Below are positions 28,487 through 38,162 of a stretch of 64,000 bases of DNA, piece after piece. A program made the translations under genes and the position numbers. The stretch lies in the sequence record PP885733.1; one strand, given 5' to 3'. Below the pieces are notes generated by a model. It did no database searches and was not told the DNA's origin. It worked only from the letters and a program-made list of their open reading frames with translations. How positions within the stretch are numbered: the first letter of the stretch is position 1; every line of letters starts with the position of its first letter.

Positions 28487-28493
28487 GATAACC

Positions 28494-28982
28494 ATGTCAG
28501 AAGTTCAGATTCATGTACCAAGTTATAACGAAATCAATCAAGCAAGTTGGAACCTCTTCTGTACTGCTAAGTTGGGTCAATGGTTCGATTCCTGGACATT
28601 GGGTTACGCTCACGGCGGTGAGCTGTGTGAAGATCCAACCTCACTAACTGTTCTTTATTTCGCGGACGAAGAAGGTCGCCCTGTCGATATGAACGGTAAG
28701 GTTATGAACATGGACGGGATTGAATCATTACTCAATCTTAATCCGCTGGCGGATGTTTTCTATATTCCGCCAGTACCTTTCATAATCAGACCACCTGAAG
28801 AAGAAACTAAGGTCAAGTACCTGAAAGAGAAGCGTTGGATCAATGGCGAAAGCTACATCTACTATTCTCCACTTCAGCCAGGGCAGAAGTTGAAAGAAGG
28901 TCAGGAAGTGGTTGAACGTAAAGTTGCAAACCCTCTGTTCCCTCACCAGCAAACTACTGGTAAATTCCAAACCAAATTCTGA
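28494..28982 (+). CDS. Hypothetical protein (162 aa)
   Basis: Operon-packed ORF. Confidence 0.65.
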   Translation: MSEVQIHVPSYNEINQASWNLFCTAKLGQWFDSWTLGYAHGGELCEDPTSLTVLYFADEEGRPVDMNGKVMNMDGIESLLNLNPLADVFYIPPVPFIIRPPEEETKVKYLKEKRWINGESYIYYSPLQPGQKLKEGQEVVERKVANPLFPHQQTTGKFQTKF

Positions 28983-28989
28983 GGTTCGA

Positions 28990-29184
28990 ATGAAGAAGTG
29001 TAACCACCCATATAGTAAGCTAGAAGAAATATCCACATACCTAGGCGACCATTTCTATCGTTGCACCAAATGTAATGAAAAGATTAGTGGCTGGGGTTAC
29101 TTCTGGCGTAAATGGATGCCGACCATAATGGTCTGTGCGCTTATCTTTGGGGTTGTCCAAGGTCTAATTTATTTATTCTCTTGA
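28990..29184 (+). CDS. Small Zn-ribbon + C-terminal membrane anchor protein (64 aa)
   Basis: SD GAGGT; CxH...CxxC; C-terminal hydrophobic helix (start corrected from ORF track). Confidence 0.6.
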   Translation: MKKCNHPYSKLEEISTYLGDHFYRCTKCNEKISGWGYFWRKWMPTIMVCALIFGVVQGLIYLFS

Positions 29185-29191
29185 GGTTAAC

Positions 29192-30151
29192 ATGTCTAAG
29201 CGTTTTACGCATTCCCCATTCGTCTTTGACGTGTGGGTTCCTTTCAACGGATATCGTTTCAAGTCAACCTATCGTATCTGTTTACACAACGGACACGAAC
29301 TCGAAGCCATGCCTAATGGCGGCGGTTGGTGTGCTGAAGACAACATGATCTATGAGGATGCTGATGTCGCTCAGGTCAAACTGTTGTCGATTCCAAAAGT
29401 ACGCCATACCTTTACTGGTGCTCGTCGCTTGTTACGCGACTTACAGTACTTCGGTCATTCGTATCCGGTTTGGTGTGAAGACAAGTTCGTTTGGGAAGAT
29501 GAACTCCCGAAAGGCTTCCGTATCTCTCCGGTTGAAGTGTATGCTCGGCGTATTATGATTGATGGAAAAGAAACCATCAAGTTCATGGTAGCTCGCGGTA
29601 AGGTAGTAGAGGAAAGTTCTCCATTACCTCGTCTGGTGGATGTGGAAGGTTATGCGGTTGATCCATTGTTCTGGTGGGATGATGAAACAGAGATCTTCTC
29701 TCATGGGGATATCTGCAACGCAATCCGTTATGTTCACCATCACCGCAAACACATCTGCGAAAGTATCCAGGGTGCGGAAGATCTCGATAACCTGTGCGAA
29801 CATCTGTTCCAACGTCGTGCCGAGTGGATCCCGCATCGCCACTTCCTGGTGGACCTGGTTAAGAAACAGGGTCTCGCTACGGTGAGAATGAATCTGGAGT
29901 CGGCAATGCTGATTAAAGGTAGCGCTGATAAAAGATTCAACATGGCTCTGGATAATCTTGCCATGACATCTCCAATCAGTCTGGGCACTCAGGAACAGCG
30001 TAAACGTTCTGCCCTCGAAGCGTTGAATATCATCCGTGGTGGTCGTCCTCATCACAATGATACCACAGCGTACGATTTACATCATGTACTTCTTCGTCCT
30101 GATGTGGATCCTATTGTCAAAGATGCTTGCCTGGTATTAAACGGCGTATGA
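29192..30151 (+). CDS. Hypothetical protein (319 aa)
   Basis: SD GAGGT, long ORF. Confidence 0.7.
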   Translation: MSKRFTHSPFVFDVWVPFNGYRFKSTYRICLHNGHELEAMPNGGGWCAEDNMIYEDADVAQVKLLSIPKVRHTFTGARRLLRDLQYFGHSYPVWCEDKFVWEDELPKGFRISPVEVYARRIMIDGKETIKFMVARGKVVEESSPLPRLVDVEGYAVDPLFWWDDETEIFSHGDICNAIRYVHHHRKHICESIQGAEDLDNLCEHLFQRRAEWIPHRHFLVDLVKKQGLATVRMNLESAMLIKGSADKRFNMALDNLAMTSPISLGTQEQRKRSALEALNIIRGGRPHHNDTTAYDLHHVLLRPDVDPIVKDACLVLNGV

Positions 30152-30492
30152 GTATCAATGACGTAAAAGGACAGACCCACATCAGTGGGTCTTTGTCTGC
30201 GATAGATATCGATCATATAAAAGCATTGGTCGAAGATCGGTTACGTACTGAGTTTCCGTATAACGATCAACGCGTCTATCGCGGTATGATAACAACGTTG
30301 GCGACATCACGTGCTCACTTGTTATCATCTAAGGACTTTAAACAGATAGTCCACCTTAACCTAATAGCAACAGCCAAGCTCATCTGGCCAGAGTCGAATT
30401 ATGAAGCATCAACTAACCCAACACTCGTTTACAATGCCATTCAAGCATTTGTGGAGAACCGTTATGGAAAAATTAAAGCATATCGTGAATGA
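30148..30492 (+). CDS. Hypothetical protein (114 aa)
   Basis: ATGA overlap with upstream stop. Confidence 0.6.
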   Translation: MSINDVKGQTHISGSLSAIDIDHIKALVEDRLRTEFPYNDQRVYRGMITTLATSRAHLLSSKDFKQIVHLNLIATAKLIWPESNYEASTNPTLVYNAIQAFVENRYGKIKAYRE

Positions 30493-31063
30493 GTCACATA
30501 TCCACAACCCTAACCTGGTGACGATAGACAGCATGGACTCTATTACTCAAGCCGAGTTCAATTCAGGCGTGAGAGAGTTGTGTAGTCAGTTCAATATCCC
30601 TCACTCCCTCGTTATTTGCCTCATGGTCAACCATGTTGCCAATAGCGTGAATCGTGCTGAGGGTAAAGACCAACGTTACCAAACTCTGAAAGACCTGAAT
30701 GAATGTCTGACCGTAGGTGATCGCAACTGGATGAAGTTTATTCCTGAGTGGAAATACGAATCCCCTGTTTTCATCGACCGTCTGGACATTGGGTTAATCC
30801 GAGCGTTCTACCATAACTACATTAAGACCGGGATGCATCCTGCTGAAGCGTTCCGTGAAGTTGAGAAGCGTAATGTAGAGATCGATAAGTTCTTTACTTA
30901 TGCTAACGGTGAAGTCGCAACCCGTCGTTCTGATATTTCATCAGCGTGGTTCGACTACAAAGACCTTTACATCTATGCTGGTCGGGTGATCTTTGAGAAC
31001 CCGGTTAAACCAGAAGACTTCGCACTGAAGTTCACTGAGCGTAAAGGTATTGCCTTAAGCTAA
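30464..31063 (+). CDS. Hypothetical protein (199 aa)
   Basis: SD GGAGA upstream of ATG at 30464. Confidence 0.65.
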   Translation: MEKLKHIVNESHIHNPNLVTIDSMDSITQAEFNSGVRELCSQFNIPHSLVICLMVNHVANSVNRAEGKDQRYQTLKDLNECLTVGDRNWMKFIPEWKYESPVFIDRLDIGLIRAFYHNYIKTGMHPAEAFREVEKRNVEIDKFFTYANGEVATRRSDISSAWFDYKDLYIYAGRVIFENPVKPEDFALKFTERKGIALS

Positions 31064-31095
31064 TCCAATTAACCATTAATATAGAGAGAACGACA

Positions 31096-31818
31096 ATGAG
31101 CAATAACAAAAAGCCAGAACTGAATATGGTTCGTGTAGACGGCGATTCATTCATGATTTCCGCTGGTGAATTCGGTAAAGAAAATGCCAATAGCCGTATC
31201 TACGGTGGAAAGGAATATATGGACGGTGGAAAGATAGCGGCTAATACCGTATCCGGTTCCATCGAACATCCTATCAAACCTGGTGACTTCCCTTCCCCCG
31301 GCAACCTCACCATGAAGCCGGAGTACATGTATGATGTGTACAAGCGAGCTCTTGTAGAGAATAAGGATAGTGTCATCGAAATTGACTCTATTCCAATTTC
31401 TCTCCCTGATCAGGAGATTAAGGGCGTTCATCTCTCCAACAAGAACAAGCCAGTTAAAATCTTGGTGGTTGGTCCTAAGTCAGTAAGACCTGCGATTAAC
31501 TGGAATGAAGTTCTTGAAAATGCTAAGAACGTTCCCATCGAGCACCTCTATGCTTCCGATGTTCATATCGGGATCAATGGCGGCGCGCCGGTGGATAAGT
31601 CAACTATGACTCAGCCTAAGAAACGTGTAGCTGGAGCTGTGGTTAGCACAGGCATGGCTTTGTATACCGACATGGAAGGTTGGGGTCGTCAGTTCCGTGA
31701 AGAACCAAAGGACGTCGTTCCTACGGTTAAAGGTAACGGTCGTCAGCAAATCGTTGATAACGGTAAGCGTCAATGGCCTGGTGTTAAAACTCGTAAAGGG
31801 CATCGCCGTCATGGTTAA
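31096..31818 (+). CDS. Hypothetical protein with basic C-terminus (240 aa)
   Basis: A-rich leader, ORF. Confidence 0.65.
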   Translation: MSNNKKPELNMVRVDGDSFMISAGEFGKENANSRIYGGKEYMDGGKIAANTVSGSIEHPIKPGDFPSPGNLTMKPEYMYDVYKRALVENKDSVIEIDSIPISLPDQEIKGVHLSNKNKPVKILVVGPKSVRPAINWNEVLENAKNVPIEHLYASDVHIGINGGAPVDKSTMTQPKKRVAGAVVSTGMALYTDMEGWGRQFREEPKDVVPTVKGNGRQQIVDNGKRQWPGVKTRKGHRRHG

Positions 31819-32011
31819 GACAACTAAGAAAACAATCATTAACGGTAAGGTGGTCATATTGGACCAGAACAGACCGTTCACATCATTGGGTCGTTTAATG
31901 AGGGTGCTGCATTCTGAAAACGACGCATTCCAGGAAAGCCGTAATACCCAGGTTCGTCATGGGAAAAACAATTCCTGGCCTATACCACGTGGTAAGGGGT
32001 TCCGTTACTAA
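31811..32011 (+). CDS. Small basic hypothetical protein (66 aa)
   Basis: Overlaps the upstream stop; its own stop overlaps the next start. Confidence 0.5.
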   Translation: MVKTTKKTIINGKVVILDQNRPFTSLGRLMRVLHSENDAFQESRNTQVRHGKNNSWPIPRGKGFRY

Positions 32012-32235
32012 TGAAAGATCATCTCAAATGGGCTACCGAGAACGGTTCTAACCACGCTCTCGGTTATATCCAGATCGCAGTAGCTATTGCATTGTTCTTA
32101 GTCTCCTGGTTCATCTGGGACAGCGCAATGGAAGTATCTAAAGACACGTTCGGATTAGCAGTCCGTATCGTAGTCTCCATGGTCATTGCCTTAGTTGGCG
32201 CTTGGCTCACCGTAAAAGCATTCAGAGGTAAATGA
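32011..32235 (+). CDS. Small two-TM membrane protein (74 aa)
   Basis: Two hydrophobic helices. Confidence 0.65.
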   Translation: MKDHLKWATENGSNHALGYIQIAVAIALFLVSWFIWDSAMEVSKDTFGLAVRIVVSMVIALVGAWLTVKAFRGK

Positions 32236-32236
32236 A

Positions 32237-32320
32237 ATGGATTTAGCAATCATGGGTATCATCATTGGTACCGCAGCAATCATCGAAGAGTTATCTCTTC
32301 ACTTCCGTAAATCTAACTAA
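32237..32320 (+). CDS. Micro-protein with hydrophobic N-terminus (27 aa, MDLAIMGIIIGTAAIIEELSLHFRKSN)
   Basis: Hand-translated; SD AGAGGT 7 nt upstream; fills the gap exactly. Confidence 0.45.
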   Translation: MDLAIMGIIIGTAAIIEELSLHFRKSN

Positions 32321-32330
32321 GGTAGCTATC

Positions 32331-32561
32331 ATGGCAGATCCTAAGTACTTCTGGAGTCAGAACCCGTTGATCCCAATCGGTCTCGTTATTCTCGCTGTTT
32401 GGGTTCTGCTGGCTATCCTGGATCTGGGGTTGAAGAACCCCGATCTTAAATTCGCATTGAACTACATGGCCATAATCGGTATGTGTTATGGTGCCTTCAT
32501 TTTAATACTCGGTTTGAAAGAGTATCGTTTCTGGAAAAAGGAATTAAAGCGTGGATATTAA
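32331..32561 (+). CDS. Small two-TM membrane protein (76 aa)
   Basis: SD AAGGT, two hydrophobic helices. Confidence 0.65.
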   Translation: MADPKYFWSQNPLIPIGLVILAVWVLLAILDLGLKNPDLKFALNYMAIIGMCYGAFILILGLKEYRFWKKELKRGY

Positions 32562-32787
32562 ACTGTATAACGTCATGCTGGGAATTATCCTCTTTGGCGT
32601 TGTTACCATTATGCTGGGTTTCATTGACCTGGCATATATGTTCCAGAAAGTTAAAGCGGCTGGTAATGACCAGAAGAAAGTCATGAGCGCCATTAGTAGC
32701 TTCAAATGGCAGATGTGGACTCTCGTTGGAGCTTTCGTAGTTTACAGCTGCACAGTTATGTATCGGGCGGGTATTCCATTATGGTAG
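32551..32787 (+). CDS. Small two-TM membrane protein (78 aa, GTG start)
   Basis: SD AAGGA, two hydrophobic helices. Confidence 0.6.
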   Translation: MDIKLYNVMLGIILFGVVTIMLGFIDLAYMFQKVKAAGNDQKKVMSAISSFKWQMWTLVGAFVVYSCTVMYRAGIPLW

Positions 32788-33137
32788 CGAAAACTATCAA
32801 GCAAACTGAACTGGATTTCTTTGAGTGTAAGTTGCTGGATGGTAAACCAGCAACCATGTACATTCGTGACGGTAAGATGTTCATCTACGCTGGCGATACC
32901 AAGATCGAGATTGACGATCAGGAAACGTTGTCAGAGAAAGTAGCTTACCGGGTGAAGAACGTTACCGTCCAACCGAACAGCTATGACCACTCCAAAGATA
33001 TTAAGGTATCCGGAACGATGTGGTTCTGGCAAGCTGAGGATGAAGAGATTAAGGGAGATGTGGTTTACATTCTCTCTATGCTCATCAACAGAAAGAAATC
33101 TCTGGGTATTAAATTTGGGAGAGTATCCGATGACTGA
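32781..33137 (+). CDS. Hypothetical protein (118 aa)
   Basis: Coupled start MVAKTIK. Confidence 0.6.
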   Translation: MVAKTIKQTELDFFECKLLDGKPATMYIRDGKMFIYAGDTKIEIDDQETLSEKVAYRVKNVTVQPNSYDHSKDIKVSGTMWFWQAEDEEIKGDVVYILSMLINRKKSLGIKFGRVSDD

Positions 33138-33525
33138 ACCTAAAATCAAATTCGAGCAACCGGTTGGACCCGGTGGTAAGCCAGGTAAACTATGTCATGA
33201 TTACGTTCGTGATAAACGGATGTCTGATCTTGGTCAGAAATTTAGGGCTGCTAAGTTTGAGGAGAAAGTAGAGCTTCTCTTTGAGCACGGCATCTTTAAC
33301 AAAGGTAAGTTCAAATCCTTATCCAAACGTCGCCAGAAGAAGTTCATTGCTGGCTTCGGTATGCACTATCATAGTGTAAAAGAAAAACTCATTCATGAAA
33401 ACCATCATGAATGGTGGTATTCCTGGAAGATACCGCTCATCCTGGAGTGGGTGGAAAAGACCGGAGCCCCATTTGACAAAATGATGTCTGGTTGGGTTGA
33501 CTCCCTGTTAGACACTAAACAGTAA
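33130..33525 (+). CDS. Hypothetical protein (131 aa)
   Basis: SD GGGAG, start MTEPKIK. Confidence 0.6.
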   Translation: MTEPKIKFEQPVGPGGKPGKLCHDYVRDKRMSDLGQKFRAAKFEEKVELLFEHGIFNKGKFKSLSKRRQKKFIAGFGMHYHSVKEKLIHENHHEWWYSWKIPLILEWVEKTGAPFDKMMSGWVDSLLDTKQ

Positions 33526-33546
33526 CCAATAGAAGGAAAATATAGA

Positions 33547-33969
33547 ATGCTTATTAAATTTCTGAAGTCCCTGTTCTCTGTTCCTGATGAGAGCAAAACC
33601 AAACTGGGTAAGAAGACCATGCACACTGCACCAGGTCGCTCTAACTCTAAAGTCAATACCCAACTGAAGTCTGAAGCTGGTGTTCAACACGTACAGTACG
33701 AAAAGGATATTCAGCGCATTCATCGGGAAATCGGTGAGATTACTGGTCGTGAAGAACAAGACGTTGTAGCGTTCGTTAAGTCCAAGCAAATCACTTCAAC
33801 TCCGCTGACTGAAGCCGAGATTAAGTACATTGCTGCCAACTGCGAATTCTCTCTGCGTAACGGTGAACCGGATCCGCGTGTAGTAGAAGCAATCAACTTT
33901 GCTATCAACCTGCACGCCGTAAAAGTTCAGCACACTGTGTCGGATATCCTGAAGAAATTCGATCAGTAA
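33547..33969 (+). CDS. Hypothetical protein (140 aa)
   Basis: SD AAGGA. Confidence 0.65.
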   Translation: MLIKFLKSLFSVPDESKTKLGKKTMHTAPGRSNSKVNTQLKSEAGVQHVQYEKDIQRIHREIGEITGREEQDVVAFVKSKQITSTPLTEAEIKYIAANCEFSLRNGEPDPRVVEAINFAINLHAVKVQHTVSDILKKFDQ

Positions 33970-34005
33970 TAATATACTCAGTTACTAAAAACTGAAACAT
34001 AAATT

Positions 34006-34023
34006 GGGTGTCACACGACACCC
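34006..34023 (+). terminator. Short hairpin with T tail
   Basis: GGGTGTC-ACAC-GACACCC-TTTT. Confidence 0.45.
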
Positions 34024-34044
34024 TTTTCTAATAGAGGAAATAGC

Positions 34045-35490
34045 ATGTCCACTAAGAAAGTTAAAAATTCATCTCAATCTGGAAAGATGAACAAGCCGTT
34101 CGAAGCACCTAAGGGTAAAGCAGACCTGGTCGAAGAAACTGCGGTTATCAATGCAGTGGTCGCCAAACTGGACGAAGCTGAAGCGAACAACGCCTCTGCC
34201 GATGTAGAGGTCCTGGTAAGAGATGCCCTGGACAGTTTTGACGACGCCATTGCTCCGGCTGGCGGTAGCTTCGGTGTTGGCCGTCGTAAGCGTAACAGCG
34301 ACTCTCGCCGTGAGCACATTTACGAAATCACCCAGGAACCAGTGGTAAGTGTTGCTGGTAAAAAGGTTGAACTGACCAAACTGGATAAAGGTCCGGATGT
34401 CGGTAGTCGTTATGAACATTACGACCACGATACTCAAATCTTCCTCGGCGGTCCGGCGCATAACGTTCAGCGTTACAGCCCTGGCAATGTAGTCCAGAAA
34501 GACTCACTGGAGTGGTGGAAAGCGGAACTGAGCGAAGTGGTAATCCTCATTAGCTCCGGTTCAATGGTCAACATCACGGAATCGTTGCTCCAATCTATCG
34601 ATTACGATACTGATGTTCCTCCGTCCTCTCAGCGCGAGAAGAAAGCAGAACTGATTGTTCTGGCTTCTGAAATCGATGCCGGTCAGGTATATGTCGGTGG
34701 GCGCGTGGTTCTGAACAACTCCACCATTAAGTGCAATGGTTATGTTGAACTTCACTCAACCACTATCAACGGTTCTGTCCTGCGTGCTCGCCACAACCTG
34801 GACGTATTTAAAGGCGGTATACAGAAATGTAACATCTCTGATAACAACCGTATCACGTTGCGCAACAAAACGTTTATTCGTGATATTCATATCGCTGGGT
34901 TCAACGATGTTAACCTGCACGACGTTGTCTGCTACGGCGTCTTCCGTCTCAATGCCGGTTATCAGCCAAGCGATGTACTGAACCTGGGTATCTACAATAC
35001 TCAGCTGGTTGATTTCACGGCGCACTTCTATCAGCTGCGCAATGAGTTTACCAAAGCCAATGGTTCTGAAGCACCATGGCGTACAGGTATGGTTATCCGT
35101 CGTCGTACTGACTACGGTTACTTCTCAGCTCGTGAACCTATCCCATTCGTTCGTGTGGGTGACTACGATATCGCAACCCCTGACCATCTGTATCAGGCCA
35201 AAGATATCGACAGTAACGCCTTCCCGAAAGAAGTGAAGACCAACTACGGTTCTCCTTCATTTGGCGGCAGTTGGTGCAACGCTCCACAAGAACCTATGGA
35301 AAGTCCGTACCTGTCAACCTTCCGCGGTGGTTCTCTGTGGAACAAAGTTCTGAAAGATGTTTATCAGGACAAAATGCGCGGTACTGATAAACCAGCTATC
35401 GGCAAAATCGGCGATGCTCTGGTTCAGAGCGTGATTGAACAAATCAAGTCTCGCGTTAACCTGTACATCGAGTTTTCTAACCTGCCATAA
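34045..35490 (+). CDS. Hypothetical protein, possible central beta-helix region (481 aa)
   Basis: SD GAGGA; central repeats of Ile/Val-x-x-Ser/Asn character. Confidence 0.7.
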   Translation: MSTKKVKNSSQSGKMNKPFEAPKGKADLVEETAVINAVVAKLDEAEANNASADVEVLVRDALDSFDDAIAPAGGSFGVGRRKRNSDSRREHIYEITQEPVVSVAGKKVELTKLDKGPDVGSRYEHYDHDTQIFLGGPAHNVQRYSPGNVVQKDSLEWWKAELSEVVILISSGSMVNITESLLQSIDYDTDVPPSSQREKKAELIVLASEIDAGQVYVGGRVVLNNSTIKCNGYVELHSTTINGSVLRARHNLDVFKGGIQKCNISDNNRITLRNKTFIRDIHIAGFNDVNLHDVVCYGVFRLNAGYQPSDVLNLGIYNTQLVDFTAHFYQLRNEFTKANGSEAPWRTGMVIRRRTDYGYFSAREPIPFVRVGDYDIATPDHLYQAKDIDSNAFPKEVKTNYGSPSFGGSWCNAPQEPMESPYLSTFRGGSLWNKVLKDVYQDKMRGTDKPAIGKIGDALVQSVIEQIKSRVNLYIEFSNLP

Positions 35491-35502
35491 TAAAGGTTGT
35501 AT

Positions 35503-36210
35503 ATGTCAGAAGAAATCAAACACCCTCTTGTCGAACACAACGAGCGTTTGTCAGCCCAGCTGATTGACTTGACTCATACCTTTGGCAACCTGTTCATCCA
35601 TATCAGCGGGGAAGGTAAAGTTGACTTCCGTGGTGCTGGTCAGGGATGGGTAGGGATGATTAAGAACATCATCTCTGGTGATATTGGTTGTATCGCTCCG
35701 TATGACGGATACGATACCTGTGCTCTGGTACAAGCTCTGAACATGCTCTATGGTTTAGAGACTTGCCCGCATCTGAATTCTTCTCTCTATGAAGAGTTCG
35801 TTGTGGAACCAGAGAACTGGAAGTTGTTTGTGGATTCTATCAAGGAACATTTCGATGACCTTGACCCACACAACTTTAAACCTAAATACACCTTCACCCT
35901 GAAAGGCGGTGACGATGGTAAAACTACTGTCGCTACTGTAACTCTGGAACCTCTGTGCAACGTCTTCGTCATTGGCGAATTCAATGCTGCTGAGAAGTTC
36001 GAGTTCCTGGGTGAGCTGGAAGATTACGACCAGCCTGGTAGTAACCATTGCTGGGTTGTGGTAAACGGTGAGCAGATTGACATTGACTTCGGTCGATTGA
36101 TCCACTACCGTCACCGCAAGTATGAACCGCGCAAAGGTGATTACATCCTGTACTCTCCGGAAGATGACTTCTACGTTATCCTCCCACAGGAAGATTACCA
36201 CATCCACTAA
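35503..36210 (+). CDS. Hypothetical acidic protein (235 aa)
   Basis: SD AAGGT. Confidence 0.65.
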   Translation: MSEEIKHPLVEHNERLSAQLIDLTHTFGNLFIHISGEGKVDFRGAGQGWVGMIKNIISGDIGCIAPYDGYDTCALVQALNMLYGLETCPHLNSSLYEEFVVEPENWKLFVDSIKEHFDDLDPHNFKPKYTFTLKGGDDGKTTVATVTLEPLCNVFVIGEFNAAEKFEFLGELEDYDQPGSNHCWVVVNGEQIDIDFGRLIHYRHRKYEPRKGDYILYSPEDDFYVILPQEDYHIH

Positions 36211-36219
36211 GGAGCCAGC

Positions 36220-36324
36220 ATGATTGTTTATTGCTGTCGTGACTGCGGTGTAGCTGTCCAAGAGTCAGAAGTGTTCTGGGGAAAGGATGGCGAGGTTCGT
36301 TGTTCCTGTTGTAATCGCGATTAA
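36220..36324 (+). CDS. Cys-rich micro-protein (34 aa, MIVYCCRDCG...RCSCCNRD)
   Basis: Hand-translated; strong SD AAGGAG; followed by terminator. Confidence 0.55.
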   Translation: MIVYCCRDCGVAVQESEVFWGKDGEVRCSCCNRD

Positions 36325-36333
36325 GTGAAATCG

Positions 36334-36363
36334 ACTCCGGCAGCCCTCACGGGTTGCTGGAGT
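36334..36363 (+). terminator. Rho-independent terminator
   Basis: ACTCCGGCAGCCC-TCAC-GGGTTGCTGGAGT followed by TTTTT. Confidence 0.8.
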
Positions 36364-36387
36364 TTTTCATTTGTATTTGTTTTTGGT

Positions 36388-36410
36388 TAGATATTATTAA
36401 AGTAATAAGC
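36388..36410 (+). promoter_or_regulatory. Putative phage early promoter
   Basis: TAGATATTATTAAAGTAATAAGC; same spacing as 26999..27021. Confidence 0.6.
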
Positions 36411-36444
36411 AACACAAATCTTTCACCAACATAGAGGTATTATC

Positions 36445-37146
36445 ATGTCTAAATTCAAACGTCTGGCTATCCTTACTCACCTGGCTTCTTATCGCGAGCT
36501 GGCTATCGATATTGTCATGGTCAATTACGCAATCGCTATCGATGATGAAATTGGTAAGGTGTCCCTGATGAGTCCAGAATACATCGAAGAGTATTACGAG
36601 TCCAATGTGACTGGTATTGAGAAAACTCTGAATGAAATCCGTAGCCGCGCCGACCAGTTGGGTTGGGATGGCGATAAGGTTCCGACTATCAAAGATATCC
36701 CAGAAGAGAAACTGGAAAGAATTGCCAAAGATATGGCTGCGGAGAAAACCTTCCGTTTCTTAAGCGAACCAATGGAACGTCGTGACTATATGAGTGATGT
36801 TAGTCCTTTAACTCTCCAGCTCATGCAGCGTGTAACCGCAACGATGGAAGGTAGAATTCATTCTCCTCATCTGGGTGAAGACTTCGATGATATTCTTGCT
36901 CGTCAGGCAAGAAATGAAGCGTTCAGTAAAGTCATGTCTCCTGAACATGCCCAACGTTTGATTAATGACCTGAGCACACTGGTCATGGCAACTGACGATG
37001 ACGAGTATTCCAAAACGTTGTCGGACGAGATCGTTCGTCTCCAATACATCGCTTCGGGTATTGTCACTGAGGTAGAAGCTACTGTTTCCACTACGGTAGA
37101 TCTTTATCCAATGCCTGACTTTATGAAAGGAAATCATGATGAGTAA
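36445..37146 (+). CDS. Hypothetical helical protein (233 aa)
   Basis: SD GAGGT; first gene after the putative promoter. Confidence 0.7.
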   Translation: MSKFKRLAILTHLASYRELAIDIVMVNYAIAIDDEIGKVSLMSPEYIEEYYESNVTGIEKTLNEIRSRADQLGWDGDKVPTIKDIPEEKLERIAKDMAAEKTFRFLSEPMERRDYMSDVSPLTLQLMQRVTATMEGRIHSPHLGEDFDDILARQARNEAFSKVMSPEHAQRLINDLSTLVMATDDDEYSKTLSDEIVRLQYIASGIVTEVEATVSTTVDLYPMPDFMKGNHDE

Positions 37147-37333
37147 GCGCCAACAGCGTATTACCGAGCTGGAAGATAAGTACGAAAAAGCTGTTCGTCT
37201 CGGCGCAGAAGAAGCTATCGATAGCATCGCTGCCAAGATCGAGCAGTACGAAGAAATGACCGACGAAGAGTACGAAACCTTCGAGCGTGTTAAAAAGATG
37301 TACGGTTCGGCTTCCGTTAAGCCGATTATTTAA
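37136..37333 (+). CDS. Small coiled-coil protein (65 aa)
   Basis: SD AAGGA, overlap with upstream stop. Confidence 0.6.
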   Translation: MMSKRQQRITELEDKYEKAVRLGAEEAIDSIAAKIEQYEEMTDEEYETFERVKKMYGSASVKPII

Positions 37334-37367
37334 TCTAACCATTTAACCATTCCAAAAGGAAAGTAAC

Positions 37368-38090
37368 ATGTCTAAAGTAGAAAACTTTGAAACCAAGATT
37401 TACTCCGACGATAACGGCTGGAAGATTTGGTTGTGTACGGAACGTAGCGAGTGGAATAAAGTTGAGTCCTTCTTCAAGTTCCAGTACCCTGTCAAAGGAA
37501 CCCCACAACGCGATACCCGTATCCTGGTATTGAACGGTTATTACGATACCCTTCCTGCGGTAAACAACGCACTGAAGGCTCGTCACAACTTCGTTCATTA
37601 CGCTGTGGGAACTACTTATAGTCCCGATGAGTTCTCCAATCGTTTCCTGGAAATCATCAAAGAAACTATTGTTGACGGATCTCTTCAGAACTCTCTTCGT
37701 GAACATAACCGTAAGACTCTACACCAAGCTCACCTCATTCCCTGCTACCGTCTGAACGGCAGCGATCGTGAGTTCACCGTATACCACGATCATATCACCA
37801 GTACTCTGGCTAAGTTCGCCATTCAGGAAAAACCTGAAGGTGGATATCAAGTTCAGGTTCTGTGTATTGGCGACCTAGCGGGTAAAGTATTTAAGACGGA
37901 TCATACTTTCACTGAAAAGATGCTTCGTCCTGAATCGTTGTCCAATGCTGTCTTCAAAGTCCTTAACCCACTCCTTGACAAGATCAAGATGGACAAAGAA
38001 GATCGCATGGATATCGTAGCCGACATTACTCATACTTTTGAGCAAGGTCGTTTCGGGTTCTGGCATTTGCTGAACCTGATTAATAAGTAA
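37368..38090 (+). CDS. Hypothetical protein (240 aa)
   Basis: SD AAGGA. Confidence 0.7.
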   Translation: MSKVENFETKIYSDDNGWKIWLCTERSEWNKVESFFKFQYPVKGTPQRDTRILVLNGYYDTLPAVNNALKARHNFVHYAVGTTYSPDEFSNRFLEIIKETIVDGSLQNSLREHNRKTLHQAHLIPCYRLNGSDREFTVYHDHITSTLAKFAIQEKPEGGYQVQVLCIGDLAGKVFKTDHTFTEKMLRPESLSNAVFKVLNPLLDKIKMDKEDRMDIVADITHTFEQGRFGFWHLLNLINK

Positions 38091-38162
38091 GTTTTAACCG
38101 TAGTAAACATCAACTGTTCAACATAACCATTTTAACCAATTAACCAATATGAGGTATTACCC

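Noticed and set aside
31750-32011. Similar basic C-termini (GKRQWPGVKTRKGHRR and GKNNSWPIPRGKGFRY) in adjacent ORFs
   Set aside because: Too short and low-complexity to support homology without a search
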